Positions 23,735 to 32,000 of a DNA stretch of 32,000 nucleotides are shown piece after piece (positions within the stretch are counted from its first letter, which is position 1; every line of letters begins with the position of its first letter). Made by a program: the position numbers and the translations under genes. The stretch comes from Candidatus Saccharimonadota bacterium (GTDB lineage: Bacteria > Patescibacteriota > Gracilibacteria > UBA4473): the NCBI GenBank assembly GCA_030429505.1, contig JAUIFI010000001.1:540001-572000 (forward strand), given 5' to 3'. The notes beneath the pieces were generated by a model. It did not search any database. It worked only from the letters and a program-made list of their open reading frames with translations, and was not told the origin of the DNA.

Positions 23735-23837
23735 ACCTCCGAACTGTACCCGCTTTTTATTTATTTTTCAAAACAAGACAAAAATATATTAAAAAAATAT
23801 TATTTATAAAGACTCAATAAAAAGTATTCTATTTTGA

Positions 23838-23867
23838 TTGACGACACAATATTTAGTATTTTAGAAT
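23838..23867 (+). promoter_or_regulatory. Candidate nrdA promoter (-35 TTGACG, 18-nt spacer, -10 TAGAAT)
   Basis: TTGACG is at 23838-23843 and TAGAAT at 23862-23867. The spacer is occupied by NrdR box 1, and box 2 lies just downstream. Confidence 0.5.
23844..23859 (+). promoter_or_regulatory. NrdR box 1 (ACACAATATTTAGTAT)
   Basis: 14 of 16 positions match the NrdR-box consensus acaCwAtATaTwGtgt. It lies 32 bp (start to start) upstream of box 2. Confidence 0.6.
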
Positions 23868-23875
23868 AAAAACAC

Positions 23876-23891
23876 ACACAATATATTGTGT
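23876..23891 (+). promoter_or_regulatory. NrdR box 2 (ACACAATATATTGTGT)
   Basis: This is a perfect 16-bp palindrome that matches the NrdR-box consensus at 16 of 16 positions. It lies 113 nt upstream of the nrdA ATG. Confidence 0.8.
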
Positions 23892-24003
23892 TTCAAAAAA
23901 AGAGCCTTCTGTGGGTTTTTTCAGAGATAAGCCCTCTTTTTCTTCGACAACACTTTTTTTGATCTATTTTTTTGTTCAATATTTCTTTACCCCCTCTTCT
24001 ACC

Positions 24004-26766
24004 ATGTCACTCCTCAAAATTCGAAAACGAAACGGAAAAATCGTTGACTTTGATAAAAACCGCATAGAACTCGCTATCCAAAAAGCAACCAAAGCCACAG
24101 ATATAAAAGTAGAAGATTTCTTTTATGAAAGCATGACCAACGATATTTTGACAGATCTAGACAATGAGTTTGATGGTATCGAACACATCCCTTCTGTCGA
24201 AGAAATCCAAGACATTGTCGAAAGAAATTTAGTCGAATCAGGCAATTTCGAAGTCGCCAAACAATATATCCTCTACCGTGCTGAACGAGAAAAACTTCGA
24301 TCAGAAATGCGAATAGAACAACTCAAAAAATTAGAAAAACAACTTCTCAACGTCAAAAAAGCAAATGGAAAAACCGAGCCCTTCCGTATAAGCAAAGTAA
24401 AAAGAGTCATTAACAGAGTTGCTCGAAAATACCCAGCTGTAGACACTACTGCCATCATTGAGGATGTAAAACGCAATGTATTTGATGGCATAGAAACCAA
24501 AGATATCGCGAAAGCTTTAGTAATGTCTGCCAAAAGTTTTATCGAAAAAGATCCTCAATATTCATTTTTTGCTGCCGGACTCCTCCTTGAATCAACCTAC
24601 CGAGAAGTATTTCAAAAAAAATTTAGTGAGAAAAATCTCAAAAAACACTATATCGAAAGCTTTCAAACAAACTTGGAGCGAGGTGTAAAAGCTGAGCGCA
24701 TTAATCCAGAACTCCTCACTTTTGATTTCAATAAAATAAATGAGGCCTTTAAATTGGAAAATGATCATCTTTTTGCTTATCTAGGACTTCAAACCCTATA
24801 CGATCGGTACTTCATCCACATCAACGACATCCGTATCGAAGCGCCACAACATTTTTGGATGAGAGTCGCCATGGGACTAGCTCTAGGAGAAAAAACAAAT
24901 CGAGAAGAACGGGCTATTGAGTTTTACGAACTTCTTTCTTCCATGAGATTCGTCAATTCTACTCCCACACTTTTCAATTCAGGAACAACTCACTCCCAAC
25001 TTTCTTCATGCTACCTATCTACTGTCAAAGACAATCTTCATCATATCTTCAAAGTCATCGGCGACAATGCCCAACTTTCAAAGTGGGCCGGAGGTATTGG
25101 CAATGACTGGACTCACGTCAGAGCAACTGGAGCACGTATTAAGGGTACAAACGGACGATCTCAAGGAGTGATCCCTTTTCTAAAAATTGCTAACGATACG
25201 GCCGTCGCCGTCAATCAAGGCGGAAAAAGAAAAGGGGCTGTCGTTGCATATTTAGAAACCTGGCATTTTGACATAGAAGAGTTCTTGGAACTAAGACGAA
25301 ATACGGGGGATGAAAGACGACGAACCCATGATATGAACATCGCCAACTGGATCCCTGATCTTTTTATGAAACGAGTACAAGAAGGTGGTATGTGGTCGCT
25401 CTTTTCTCCAGAAGAAGTGCCAGAACTACATGAAACTTATGGAAGAGTTTTCGAAGAACATTACGAAAAATACGAAAAAATGGGACAAGAAGGCAAACTC
25501 GATATCTTCAAACAAGTACCAGCTCAGCAACTCTGGCGCAAAATGATTACCATGCTATACGAAACAGGACATCCATGGATTACTTTTAAAGACCCATGCA
25601 ATGTTCGCTCCCCTCAAGACCACGTCGGAGTCGTTCACAACTCAAACCTCTGCACAGAAATTACACTCAATAATAACCAAGAAGAAACCGCCGTCTGCAA
25701 TCTCGGATCTATTAACCTCGCCCGACACTTTAACACAAAAACAAAAACTCTCGACAAAGCCCAACTCACAACCACAGTTCAAACCGCAATGAGAATGCTC
25801 GATAATGTTATAGACATTAATCTCTATCCTACCCAAGAAACTAAAAATTCAAACAGTCTCCATCGTCCAATCGGACTAGGCATTATGGGACTACAAGATT
25901 TTTTCTACTTAGCAGGAGTTAATTTCGACTCTAACGAAGCTGTAGAACTCTCTGACGGAATCATGGAACATATCTCTTACAACGCTATTCTCAGTAGCTC
26001 CCAACTTGCAAAAGAACGAGGTAGCTACAAAAGTTTCAAAGGATCAAAGTGGGATAAAGGCATTTTACCTTTCGACACCATAGCACTTCTCGAAAAAGAA
26101 AGGGGACAAAAGATAGAAAGCTCTCAAGACAGCAAGCTCGACTGGACACCAGTACGAGAATCAATCAAACAACATGGTATGCGCAATTCAAATTGCATGG
26201 CGATAGCTCCCACTGCCACCATCGCCAATATATCCAACTGTATTCCCTGCACAGAACCAATCTACAAAAATCTTTACGTTAAATCCAATATGGGTGGAGA
26301 ATTCACAGTCATAAATAACCACTTAGTCGAAGAACTCAAAAAACATAATCTCTGGAATGAAGACATGATTAGACAACTCAAAACAAATGATGGCTCTATT
26401 CAGAACATATCCACCATTCCTCAAACACTCAAGGACAAATACAAAGAAGTTTTCGAAATCGACGCCAAATGGATTATTCGGCATTCAGCCGCTCGAGGAA
26501 AATGGATTGATCAAGCACAATCCACAAATATCTTCTACCGAGGTAGTAGTGGAAAAGAAATCTCTGAAATCTACGAATATGCTTGGAAAATGGGACTCAA
26601 AACCACCTACTATCTCCGTACCCTTGGTGCCACCCAAATCCAAAAATCTACCGTCGACCTCAAAGAACAAAAAATATCTCAACACCAAACCACAAAAGAT
26701 TACGTCACTGCGGAAAAAACCGTCTGTTCTATCCTCAATGGCGAAGAATGTGAAGCTTGTCAGTAA
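24004..26766 (+). CDS. nrdA: Ribonucleoside-diphosphate reductase, class Ia alpha subunit with tandem N-terminal ATP-cones
   Basis: The first ATP-cone begins LKIRKRNGKIVDFDKNRIELAI...VAKQYILYRA, and a second cone-like segment begins LNVKKANGKTEPFRISKVKRVI. Active-site motifs are LSSCYL and the class I-type SNLCTEI (not the class II NPCGE). A YY pair (GLKTTYYLRT) and a C-terminal Cys tail (CSILNGEECEACQ) are present. The start was moved from the GTG at 23911 to the ATG at 24004. Confidence 0.9.
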   Translation: MSLLKIRKRNGKIVDFDKNRIELAIQKATKATDIKVEDFFYESMTNDILTDLDNEFDGIEHIPSVEEIQDIVERNLVESGNFEVAKQYILYRAEREKLRSEMRIEQLKKLEKQLLNVKKANGKTEPFRISKVKRVINRVARKYPAVDTTAIIEDVKRNVFDGIETKDIAKALVMSAKSFIEKDPQYSFFAAGLLLESTYREVFQKKFSEKNLKKHYIESFQTNLERGVKAERINPELLTFDFNKINEAFKLENDHLFAYLGLQTLYDRYFIHINDIRIEAPQHFWMRVAMGLALGEKTNREERAIEFYELLSSMRFVNSTPTLFNSGTTHSQLSSCYLSTVKDNLHHIFKVIGDNAQLSKWAGGIGNDWTHVRATGARIKGTNGRSQGVIPFLKIANDTAVAVNQGGKRKGAVVAYLETWHFDIEEFLELRRNTGDERRRTHDMNIANWIPDLFMKRVQEGGMWSLFSPEEVPELHETYGRVFEEHYEKYEKMGQEGKLDIFKQVPAQQLWRKMITMLYETGHPWITFKDPCNVRSPQDHVGVVHNSNLCTEITLNNNQEETAVCNLGSINLARHFNTKTKTLDKAQLTTTVQTAMRMLDNVIDINLYPTQETKNSNSLHRPIGLGIMGLQDFFYLAGVNFDSNEAVELSDGIMEHISYNAILSSSQLAKERGSYKSFKGSKWDKGILPFDTIALLEKERGQKIESSQDSKLDWTPVRESIKQHGMRNSNCMAIAPTATIANISNCIPCTEPIYKNLYVKSNMGGEFTVINNHLVEELKKHNLWNEDMIRQLKTNDGSIQNISTIPQTLKDKYKEVFEIDAKWIIRHSAARGKWIDQAQSTNIFYRGSSGKEISEIYEYAWKMGLKTTYYLRTLGATQIQKSTVDLKEQKISQHQTTKDYVTAEKTVCSILNGEECEACQ

Positions 26767-26791
26767 AACACTCTCCACAGGTTACATGAGA

Positions 26792-26826
26792 AACTCGAAC
26801 ACTTATAATTAAAGTTCGAGTTTTTT
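26792..26826 (+). terminator. Rho-independent terminator of nrdA
   Basis: A perfect 9-bp stem (AACTCGAAC / GTTCGAGTT) with a 13-nt loop is followed by TTTTATTTATT. It overlaps the prfB stop codon on the other strand. Confidence 0.65.
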
Positions 26827-27898
26827 ATTTATTCCGCAAATAACTCTGCACAAAACCATCCAAATCACCATCAAAAACCTTATCAGGATTTGAATATTCA
26901 AAATCAGTCCTATGATCCTTCACCAATTTATACGGCTGCAATGTATAAGTCCGAATCTGAGAGCCAAATGCAGCCTCCATCAAGTCACCTCGTAACTCTT
27001 CCAATTTTTGTGCTTTCTGCTCCAATTGAAGCTTCAACAAACGAGACTTAAGAACTTTCATCGCCGATTGCTTATTCTGCAACTGAGATTTTTCATTTTG
27101 GCATGTTACGACAACATTGAGCGGAAGATAAGTAATTCGAACTGCAGAGTCAGTCGTATTTACTGACTGCCCTCCACTCCCTGAGCTACGAAATACATCC
27201 ACTCGTAAATCCTTTTCATCAATTTCCACCGAAGTCTCATCCTCAATCTCCGGCAATACTTCCACCCGAGCAAAAGAAGTTTGTCTCAAATTTTTAGCAT
27301 TAAAAGGTGATAATCGAATCAAACGATGAACTCCATGTTCCCCCTGAAGCATTCCATAGACCATCAAACCTTCAACCCGTACCATCACAGACTTCAAACC
27401 AGCATCTGAAGCAGACTCTTCCAAAACTGTTACTTTCCATCCCTTGCTTTCCGAAAATCTTAAATACATTCTCAAAAGCATCTGACAAAAATCCTCTGCA
27501 TCTTGACCACCATTTCCCACATGAAGAGACAAAATAGCATTCCCCTGATCATATTCCCCAGACAAAAGTAATTCCGTCTCAGCCTCTTCAAATTTATCTT
27601 TTAACTGCCGCGCCTCATCCTCCATATCCTTCATTTCTTCCGCATTCGCCATCTCAATCAAATCTGGCAAGTCAGATAAAGATGATGCAATATCATTCCA
27701 CTTTTGAAGAAAACTTCGAAGCCACGACATCTTTTGTGAAATTTTTTGAGCCTTTCCCTGATCATCCCAAAATCCAGACTGCTCCATCTGAGACTGCAAA
27801 GAAGCAATTTCATCTTGCTTTTGCCGCAAATGAAGAGAAGGCTGTACAGCTTCAAACTTCTTTCGTAAATCAGATATCATATCCAATAATTCCTTCAT
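26825..27898 (-). CDS. prfB: Peptide chain release factor 2 (uninterrupted, no programmed +1 frameshift)
   Basis: The RF2-specific SPF motif (RLSPFNAKNLRQTSFA) and the GGQ motif (SSGSGGQSVNTTDSAVRITY) are present. It is a single 357-aa ORF from its ATG. Confidence 0.95.
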   Translation of the reverse strand: MKELLDMISDLRKKFEAVQPSLHLRQKQDEIASLQSQMEQSGFWDDQGKAQKISQKMSWLRSFLQKWNDIASSLSDLPDLIEMANAEEMKDMEDEARQLKDKFEEAETELLLSGEYDQGNAILSLHVGNGGQDAEDFCQMLLRMYLRFSESKGWKVTVLEESASDAGLKSVMVRVEGLMVYGMLQGEHGVHRLIRLSPFNAKNLRQTSFARVEVLPEIEDETSVEIDEKDLRVDVFRSSGSGGQSVNTTDSAVRITYLPLNVVVTCQNEKSQLQNKQSAMKVLKSRLLKLQLEQKAQKLEELRGDLMEAAFGSQIRTYTLQPYKLVKDHRTDFEYSNPDKVFDGDLDGFVQSYLRNK

Positions 27899-28044
27899 CG
27901 ATCAGAGTATATCATATCTGACCATTCTAAGTTATCTACAAGCACAGAAAACATAAAGAAAACACCAATCTCTGTGAGACGTAATAAAGAACGAACATCC
28001 ACACTTCAATGAGGTTATCTGGAAGAAATGAGATTCTCCTAGAA

Positions 28045-29196
28045 CTACCGAAGCTTATTGCGCAAAAATGCTGGAGTTTCCAAATCAACTCCCCCTTCAG
28101 ATTTCCCTGAATCAGAGTTTAAACTAAATGCTTGACGCATGAGAGAAGCATGTCCAGGACTTTTTTTCGGCTCTTCTGAAAACCCAGTTGCTACAACCGT
28201 AACCTTCATTTCACCTTCGTAGTTTTCATTAATCACCGCCCCAAAGATAATATTTGCTTCCGGATCAGCCGCTTCGGTAATAACCTTCGCCGCCTCATCT
28301 ACTTCATACATAGACAAGTCATTTCCACCAGTAATATTAAATAAGATTCCTTTAGCTCCATGAACAGATTGATCTAGTAAAGGTGACTCGATAGCTGCTT
28401 TAGCAGCTTCTGCAGCTCGATTTTCTCCAGCTCCATATCCAATCCCCATCAAAGCAGTCCCAGCATCCCTCATGATTGAACGAATATCAGCAAAATCTAC
28501 ATTCACCAAACCATGAAGTGTAATCAAATCTGCCAATCCTTGAACACCTTGACGTAGTACTTCATCTACCACGGCAAAAGCATCATTCAAAGGTGTCTTA
28601 CGGTCAATAATAGATAAAATACGATCATTAGGAATCGTAATTAAAGTATCGACATTCTTCTTCAATTCTTCATATCCACTATCAGCTTTTTTCCCTCTTT
28701 GTTGACCCTCAAATGAAAATGGTTTTGTTACCACCCCCACAGTCAAGGCTCCCAATTCACGAGAAATCTGAGCTACCACCGGAGCAGCTCCGGTCCCAGT
28801 ACCACCCCCAAGTCCACAGGTAATAAAAACCATATCAGACCCCTTTAAAGCATTTTTAATATCCTCCAGAGACTCTTCTGCCGCCTGTTTTCCAACATCA
28901 GGATTTGCTCCAGCACCCAACCCACGAGTTGCATCATGACCAATATGAACCTTATTCTCTGCCTTATTATGATACAAAGCCTGCGCATCAGTGTTAATCG
29001 CTACAAATTCCACATTGGCAAAATCAGAGCTTACCATTCGATTCAAGGCATTTCCGCCCCCTCCACCAACACCAACAACCTTTATGTTCGCTACAGACAT
29101 CACATCAGGCGTTGTATCCTGTAAACGAGTCTGTGTATCATCACTTTTTTGTGTTTGTTTGGCTTGTATTGCCGATTGTAATAGGTCTTTTTTCAT
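28045..29196 (-). CDS. ftsZ: Cell division protein FtsZ
   Basis: The tubulin signature [13 protein letters not shown] and the motif [15 protein letters not shown] are present. The C-terminal tail ends [12 protein letters not shown], resembling the conserved C-terminal peptide. Confidence 0.97.
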   Translation of the reverse strand: MKKDLLQSAIQAKQTQKSDDTQTRLQDTTPDVMSVANIKVVGVGGGGGNALNRMVSSDFANVEFVAINTDAQALYHNKAENKVHIGHDATRGLGAGANPDVGKQAAEESLEDIKNALKGSDMVFITCGLGGGTGTGAAPVVAQISRELGALTVGVVTKPFSFEGQQRGKKADSGYEELKKNVDTLITIPNDRILSIIDRKTPLNDAFAVVDEVLRQGVQGLADLITLHGLVNVDFADIRSIMRDAGTALMGIGYGAGENRAAEAAKAAIESPLLDQSVHGAKGILFNITGGNDLSMYEVDEAAKVITEAADPEANIIFGAVINENYEGEMKVTVVATGFSEEPKKSPGHASLMRQAFSLNSDSGKSEGGVDLETPAFLRNKLR

Positions 29197-29219
29197 ACGA
29201 AAAGGTATTAAAAATGTAA

Positions 29220-30449
29220 TTAAGGAATAAGTTTTCTAAAAAATCCGGAGACCGATCCGAACATTTTTTTCATATCAAATTCTAAAAAAGATCGTTGCGC
29301 TCCATACCGATGAGCAAAGTGAAGTAGTCCAATGCTACTTGAAAAACTTGGATCATCGATACGATCCACAATGCCTTCGATCGAGCGAGGAACCCCTATC
29401 TGAACAGGAAGCTGAAGTGTATTGCGAGCGAGATCAAGTGTTCCTGGCATCTTTATAGCCCCTCCAGCTAAAACTGCCCCCGCTGGCAACATGCCCTCTC
29501 GACCAATCCTACGAAGTTCATCTCGAGCCATCATAAAAATCTCATGATATCGAGCCTCAATAATTTTAGCTACCTGCTTTTTAGAAACAGAATGATTATC
29601 TGTCTTGGAAATTTCCGACAAATCAATTTCTTCCCGATCTTTAATATCATCCGGTAAACAAGTTCCATATTCAATCTTAATTTTTTCAGCCGTATCAATT
29701 GCTGATCGCAAACCAATCGCTAAATCATTAGTGACATGCTCTCCTCCTACTGGTAAAACAACCGAAGTAAGAATCGATCCTTCTTCAAATACAGCAATAT
29801 TAGTAGAACAAGCTCCTACTTCAATCAAAACCACTCCCAACTCTTTTTGTTTCTTATCCAAAATAGACTCTGAACACGCTAAACTCGAAGGCACCATATC
29901 CTCTATATCAACACCCGTCTCATTCAAACATTTCTCTAAATTCTTTACAGCCGCTGTTTTACCGGAAATAATATGAGCTTCTACCTCTAACCGAATTCCA
30001 GTCATGCCTACTGGATATTTGATACCATGCTGTGAGTCAATCGAAAAACTCTTGGGGATAATTCTCAAAATATCACGATTAGATGGCAAAGAAACTGCCC
30101 TCGCCGCATCTAAAACACGGTCTACATCATCTTCAGTAATTTCAGAATTAGCCGCATTAATAGCAATAACTCCTTTCGAATTATACGTCTCTACATGAGG
30201 TCCAGAAAAGCCCACAAAAGCCCTATGAATAGGTTCTCCACTCATACGCTCAGCATCCTCGAGACTCGCCGTAATATTAGAGATAGCCTCATCAATATCA
30301 GTTACCATTCCTTTTCGAACACCATTAGAAGGAGATATGCCAACCCCAATAATATTAATGATATTTCGCTTATCCTCTGCTACCCCCACCAACGTCCGAA
30401 TCTTGGAAGATCCGATGTCCAGAGCAACGAGTGTTTTTGGATGAGCCAT
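29220..30449 (-). CDS. ftsA: Cell division protein FtsA
   Basis: Actin-like ATPase motifs are present ([16 protein letters not shown]; [16 protein letters not shown]; [11 protein letters not shown]). The gene lies immediately upstream of ftsZ. The start was moved from the GTG at 30518 to the ATG at 30449 ([13 protein letters not shown]). Confidence 0.93.
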   Translation of the reverse strand: MAHPKTLVALDIGSSKIRTLVGVAEDKRNIINIIGVGISPSNGVRKGMVTDIDEAISNITASLEDAERMSGEPIHRAFVGFSGPHVETYNSKGVIAINAANSEITEDDVDRVLDAARAVSLPSNRDILRIIPKSFSIDSQHGIKYPVGMTGIRLEVEAHIISGKTAAVKNLEKCLNETGVDIEDMVPSSLACSESILDKKQKELGVVLIEVGACSTNIAVFEEGSILTSVVLPVGGEHVTNDLAIGLRSAIDTAEKIKIEYGTCLPDDIKDREEIDLSEISKTDNHSVSKKQVAKIIEARYHEIFMMARDELRRIGREGMLPAGAVLAGGAIKMPGTLDLARNTLQLPVQIGVPRSIEGIVDRIDDPSFSSSIGLLHFAHRYGAQRSFLEFDMKKMFGSVSGFFRKLIP

Positions 30450-30766
30450 GTGTATTTTTATAAAAGCAAAATATTGTTTTTGCGTGCTAGTTGACAAAAT
30501 CTCTATCAACGAGCCCACGGTAGCAAAGCGTCACAATTTGTGCAAATGTTTTTTTCAATTAAGCCGCTTATGAACTGTTTTTGTGAACATTTTTACAAAG
30601 AGAGAAAGAGGGTTTATTTCACATTCAAAGAAAGAAAAAAAAGGTGAAAAAACAATTTTTGTATTCAAAAAACCCCCTATTCAAAAAAAAATTAATCTAG
30701 ACGAAAGCAAAATAGCTACATCACTACTTTCACAGAAAAGTTATTGTACAAAAAGATCCTCACATA

Positions 30767-31711
30767 TCATTCAAAAAGTGAAGCTTGAACAACTTCACAA
30801 GAATCATTCCCCTTTTTATGACTCCCTCCCACCACCTCATGAGTAATTTTATTGATCAACTTTTGATAACGTTGTTCCAAAGATCGAAACGCCATCTTTT
30901 GAAAAAAAGTAGATAAGTCATCCGATATAAAATCAAAAGCATTATCAAACGAAAATTCTACTGGAACATCTGTACGCAACCGAGCCAAGTCACGGCAATG
31001 AAATACATACTCCCTATGACTACGAAACTTCTCTTGAAGTGAAGATTTTAACTCCGTCAGGTGATCATAAATTCCCTCAATCGTACCATATTGCTGCAAA
31101 AGCTGTGAAGCCGTTTTTGGACCAATCCCTTCAATTCCTTTATAATTATCCGAAGAATCCCCCATCAAAGCCTTTAAGTCAATCATCTGCAAAGGTGTAA
31201 TACCATATCGAGCTTTTGTCTCCTTTGGACCATAGAGGACAGATTGTTCGACTTTTCCATTCAACTTCACCAAAACAATTTTTTCAGACACCAATTGTAA
31301 AAAATCCAAATCCCCACTCACGATCTTTACCTGACTACCTTTAGGAGACTGAAGTGCAATAGTTGCAATAATATCATCAGATTCATACCCAGGACAGGTC
31401 AAAACCGGTACATGAAAAGCTTCTAAAAATTCAAACACATAAGGAATTTGATCATAAAAATCATCCGGAGCCTTTTCTCGATGAGCTTTATAAGCATCAT
31501 CCATATCATGACGAAATGTCTTTTCCTTCGTATCAAAAGTAAAAAAAAGCCCATCAGGTCTAAAAAAATCAATAATATGAAGTATGGTCGAAGCAAATCC
31601 ATACACCATACCAATTGGCTTCCCGTCAAACAAAGGAATAAAGCCATTTCTTACTCCATGGTAAGATCGATACATCAGTGCATTTCCATCTATTAAAACA
31701 ATATTTTTCAT
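30767..31711 (-). CDS. Stand-alone 5'-3' exonuclease / flap endonuclease (Pol I N-terminal domain homolog)
   Basis: MKNIVLIDGNALMYRSYHG...TFRHDMDDAYKAHR...PGYESDDIIATIA...IVSGDLDFLQLV...LMGDSSDNYKGIEGIGPKTA is the classic 53EXO plus H3TH pattern. The protein ends at about 314 aa with no polymerase domain. The start was moved from the TTG at 31813 to the ATG at 31711. Confidence 0.88.
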   Translation of the reverse strand: MKNIVLIDGNALMYRSYHGVRNGFIPLFDGKPIGMVYGFASTILHIIDFFRPDGLFFTFDTKEKTFRHDMDDAYKAHREKAPDDFYDQIPYVFEFLEAFHVPVLTCPGYESDDIIATIALQSPKGSQVKIVSGDLDFLQLVSEKIVLVKLNGKVEQSVLYGPKETKARYGITPLQMIDLKALMGDSSDNYKGIEGIGPKTASQLLQQYGTIEGIYDHLTELKSSLQEKFRSHREYVFHCRDLARLRTDVPVEFSFDNAFDFISDDLSTFFQKMAFRSLEQRYQKLINKITHEVVGGSHKKGNDSCEVVQASLFE

Positions 31712-31790
31712 ATACAAAGCAAGATCATTTCTTGGACTAAAACCCCCTTTTAGGATACAATAAGAAGATTTGTTATTCAAAACAAAATAC

Positions 31791-32000
31791 ATGACATCAG
31801 TTATCAGTACCAAAAAACCAAAAACAACGAAATCAAAAACTTTTCACATCGGAATGATCGTTCCCCTCACTCCAAAGAAAAATGCTGATTTCTTCCTAAA
31901 AAGTATTGAGGCACTTTGTGAACTAGGATTTAAAGTCCACACCTTAGCTGAAGGAGATAGTGAGAGTCAAAGGATATGTTTCCAAGCCATGAAAAAATAT
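31791..32000 (+). CDS. Hypothetical protein, N-terminal fragment (continues past the right window edge)
   Basis: The frame is open from the ATG at 31791 to the window end (70 codons, MTSVISTKKPKTTKSKTFHIGMIVPLTPKK...). It is divergent from the exonuclease gene. I recognise no motif. Confidence 0.35.
   Translation, partial: MTSVISTKKPKTTKSKTFHIGMIVPLTPKKNADFFLKSIEALCELGFKVHTLAEGDSESQRICFQAMKKY

Overview
This is a low-GC, gene-dense bacterial chromosomal window. It uses the standard genetic code: TAA, TAG and TGA all terminate recognisable homologs, and both RF1 and RF2 are encoded. All homology calls come from motifs read in the supplied translations; no BLAST or HMM search was possible. The housekeeping backbone is prfA, clpB, nusA, uppP, class Ia nrdA, prfB, ftsZ, ftsA, a stand-alone 5'-3' exonuclease, a DUF721/DciA-like gene and a DUF1653 gene. 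Three classical regulatory sites are readable: a CIRCE-like inverted repeat overlapping the clpB promoter, tandem NrdR boxes on the nrdA promoter, and several Rho-independent terminators. Accessory content is interleaved with this backbone. (1) At the left edge, two tandem paralogs encode TrbC/VirB2-like 'T4SS pilin' cores with long Gly-rich N-terminal extensions. Their promoter and 5' module are conserved at DNA level but their C-terminal domains are unrelated. They are transcribed divergently from a 114-aa acidic protein and a 960-aa orphan protein. (2) From 13.7 to 21.7 kb lies a run of signal-peptide proteins: a seven-blade FG-GAP propeller, a TSP3-motif protein, a Fibrobacter-type (FISUMP) domain protein with a novel triple Cys-motif tail, and a protein ending in a T9SS-type C-terminal sorting domain. 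This run is interrupted by a riboflavin kinase::5-formyl-THF cyclo-ligase fusion and by a DUF559 endonuclease gene bracketed by hairpin repeats. (3) Small orphan ORFs abut clpB, and two unusually long non-coding gaps occur. Pilin-like CPR-type proteins, scarce Shine-Dalgarno sites, an RFK-only flavokinase and a stand-alone FEN suggest a small-genome uncultivated lineage such as CPR/Patescibacteria, outside the code-25 lineages. That taxonomic reading is inference only.
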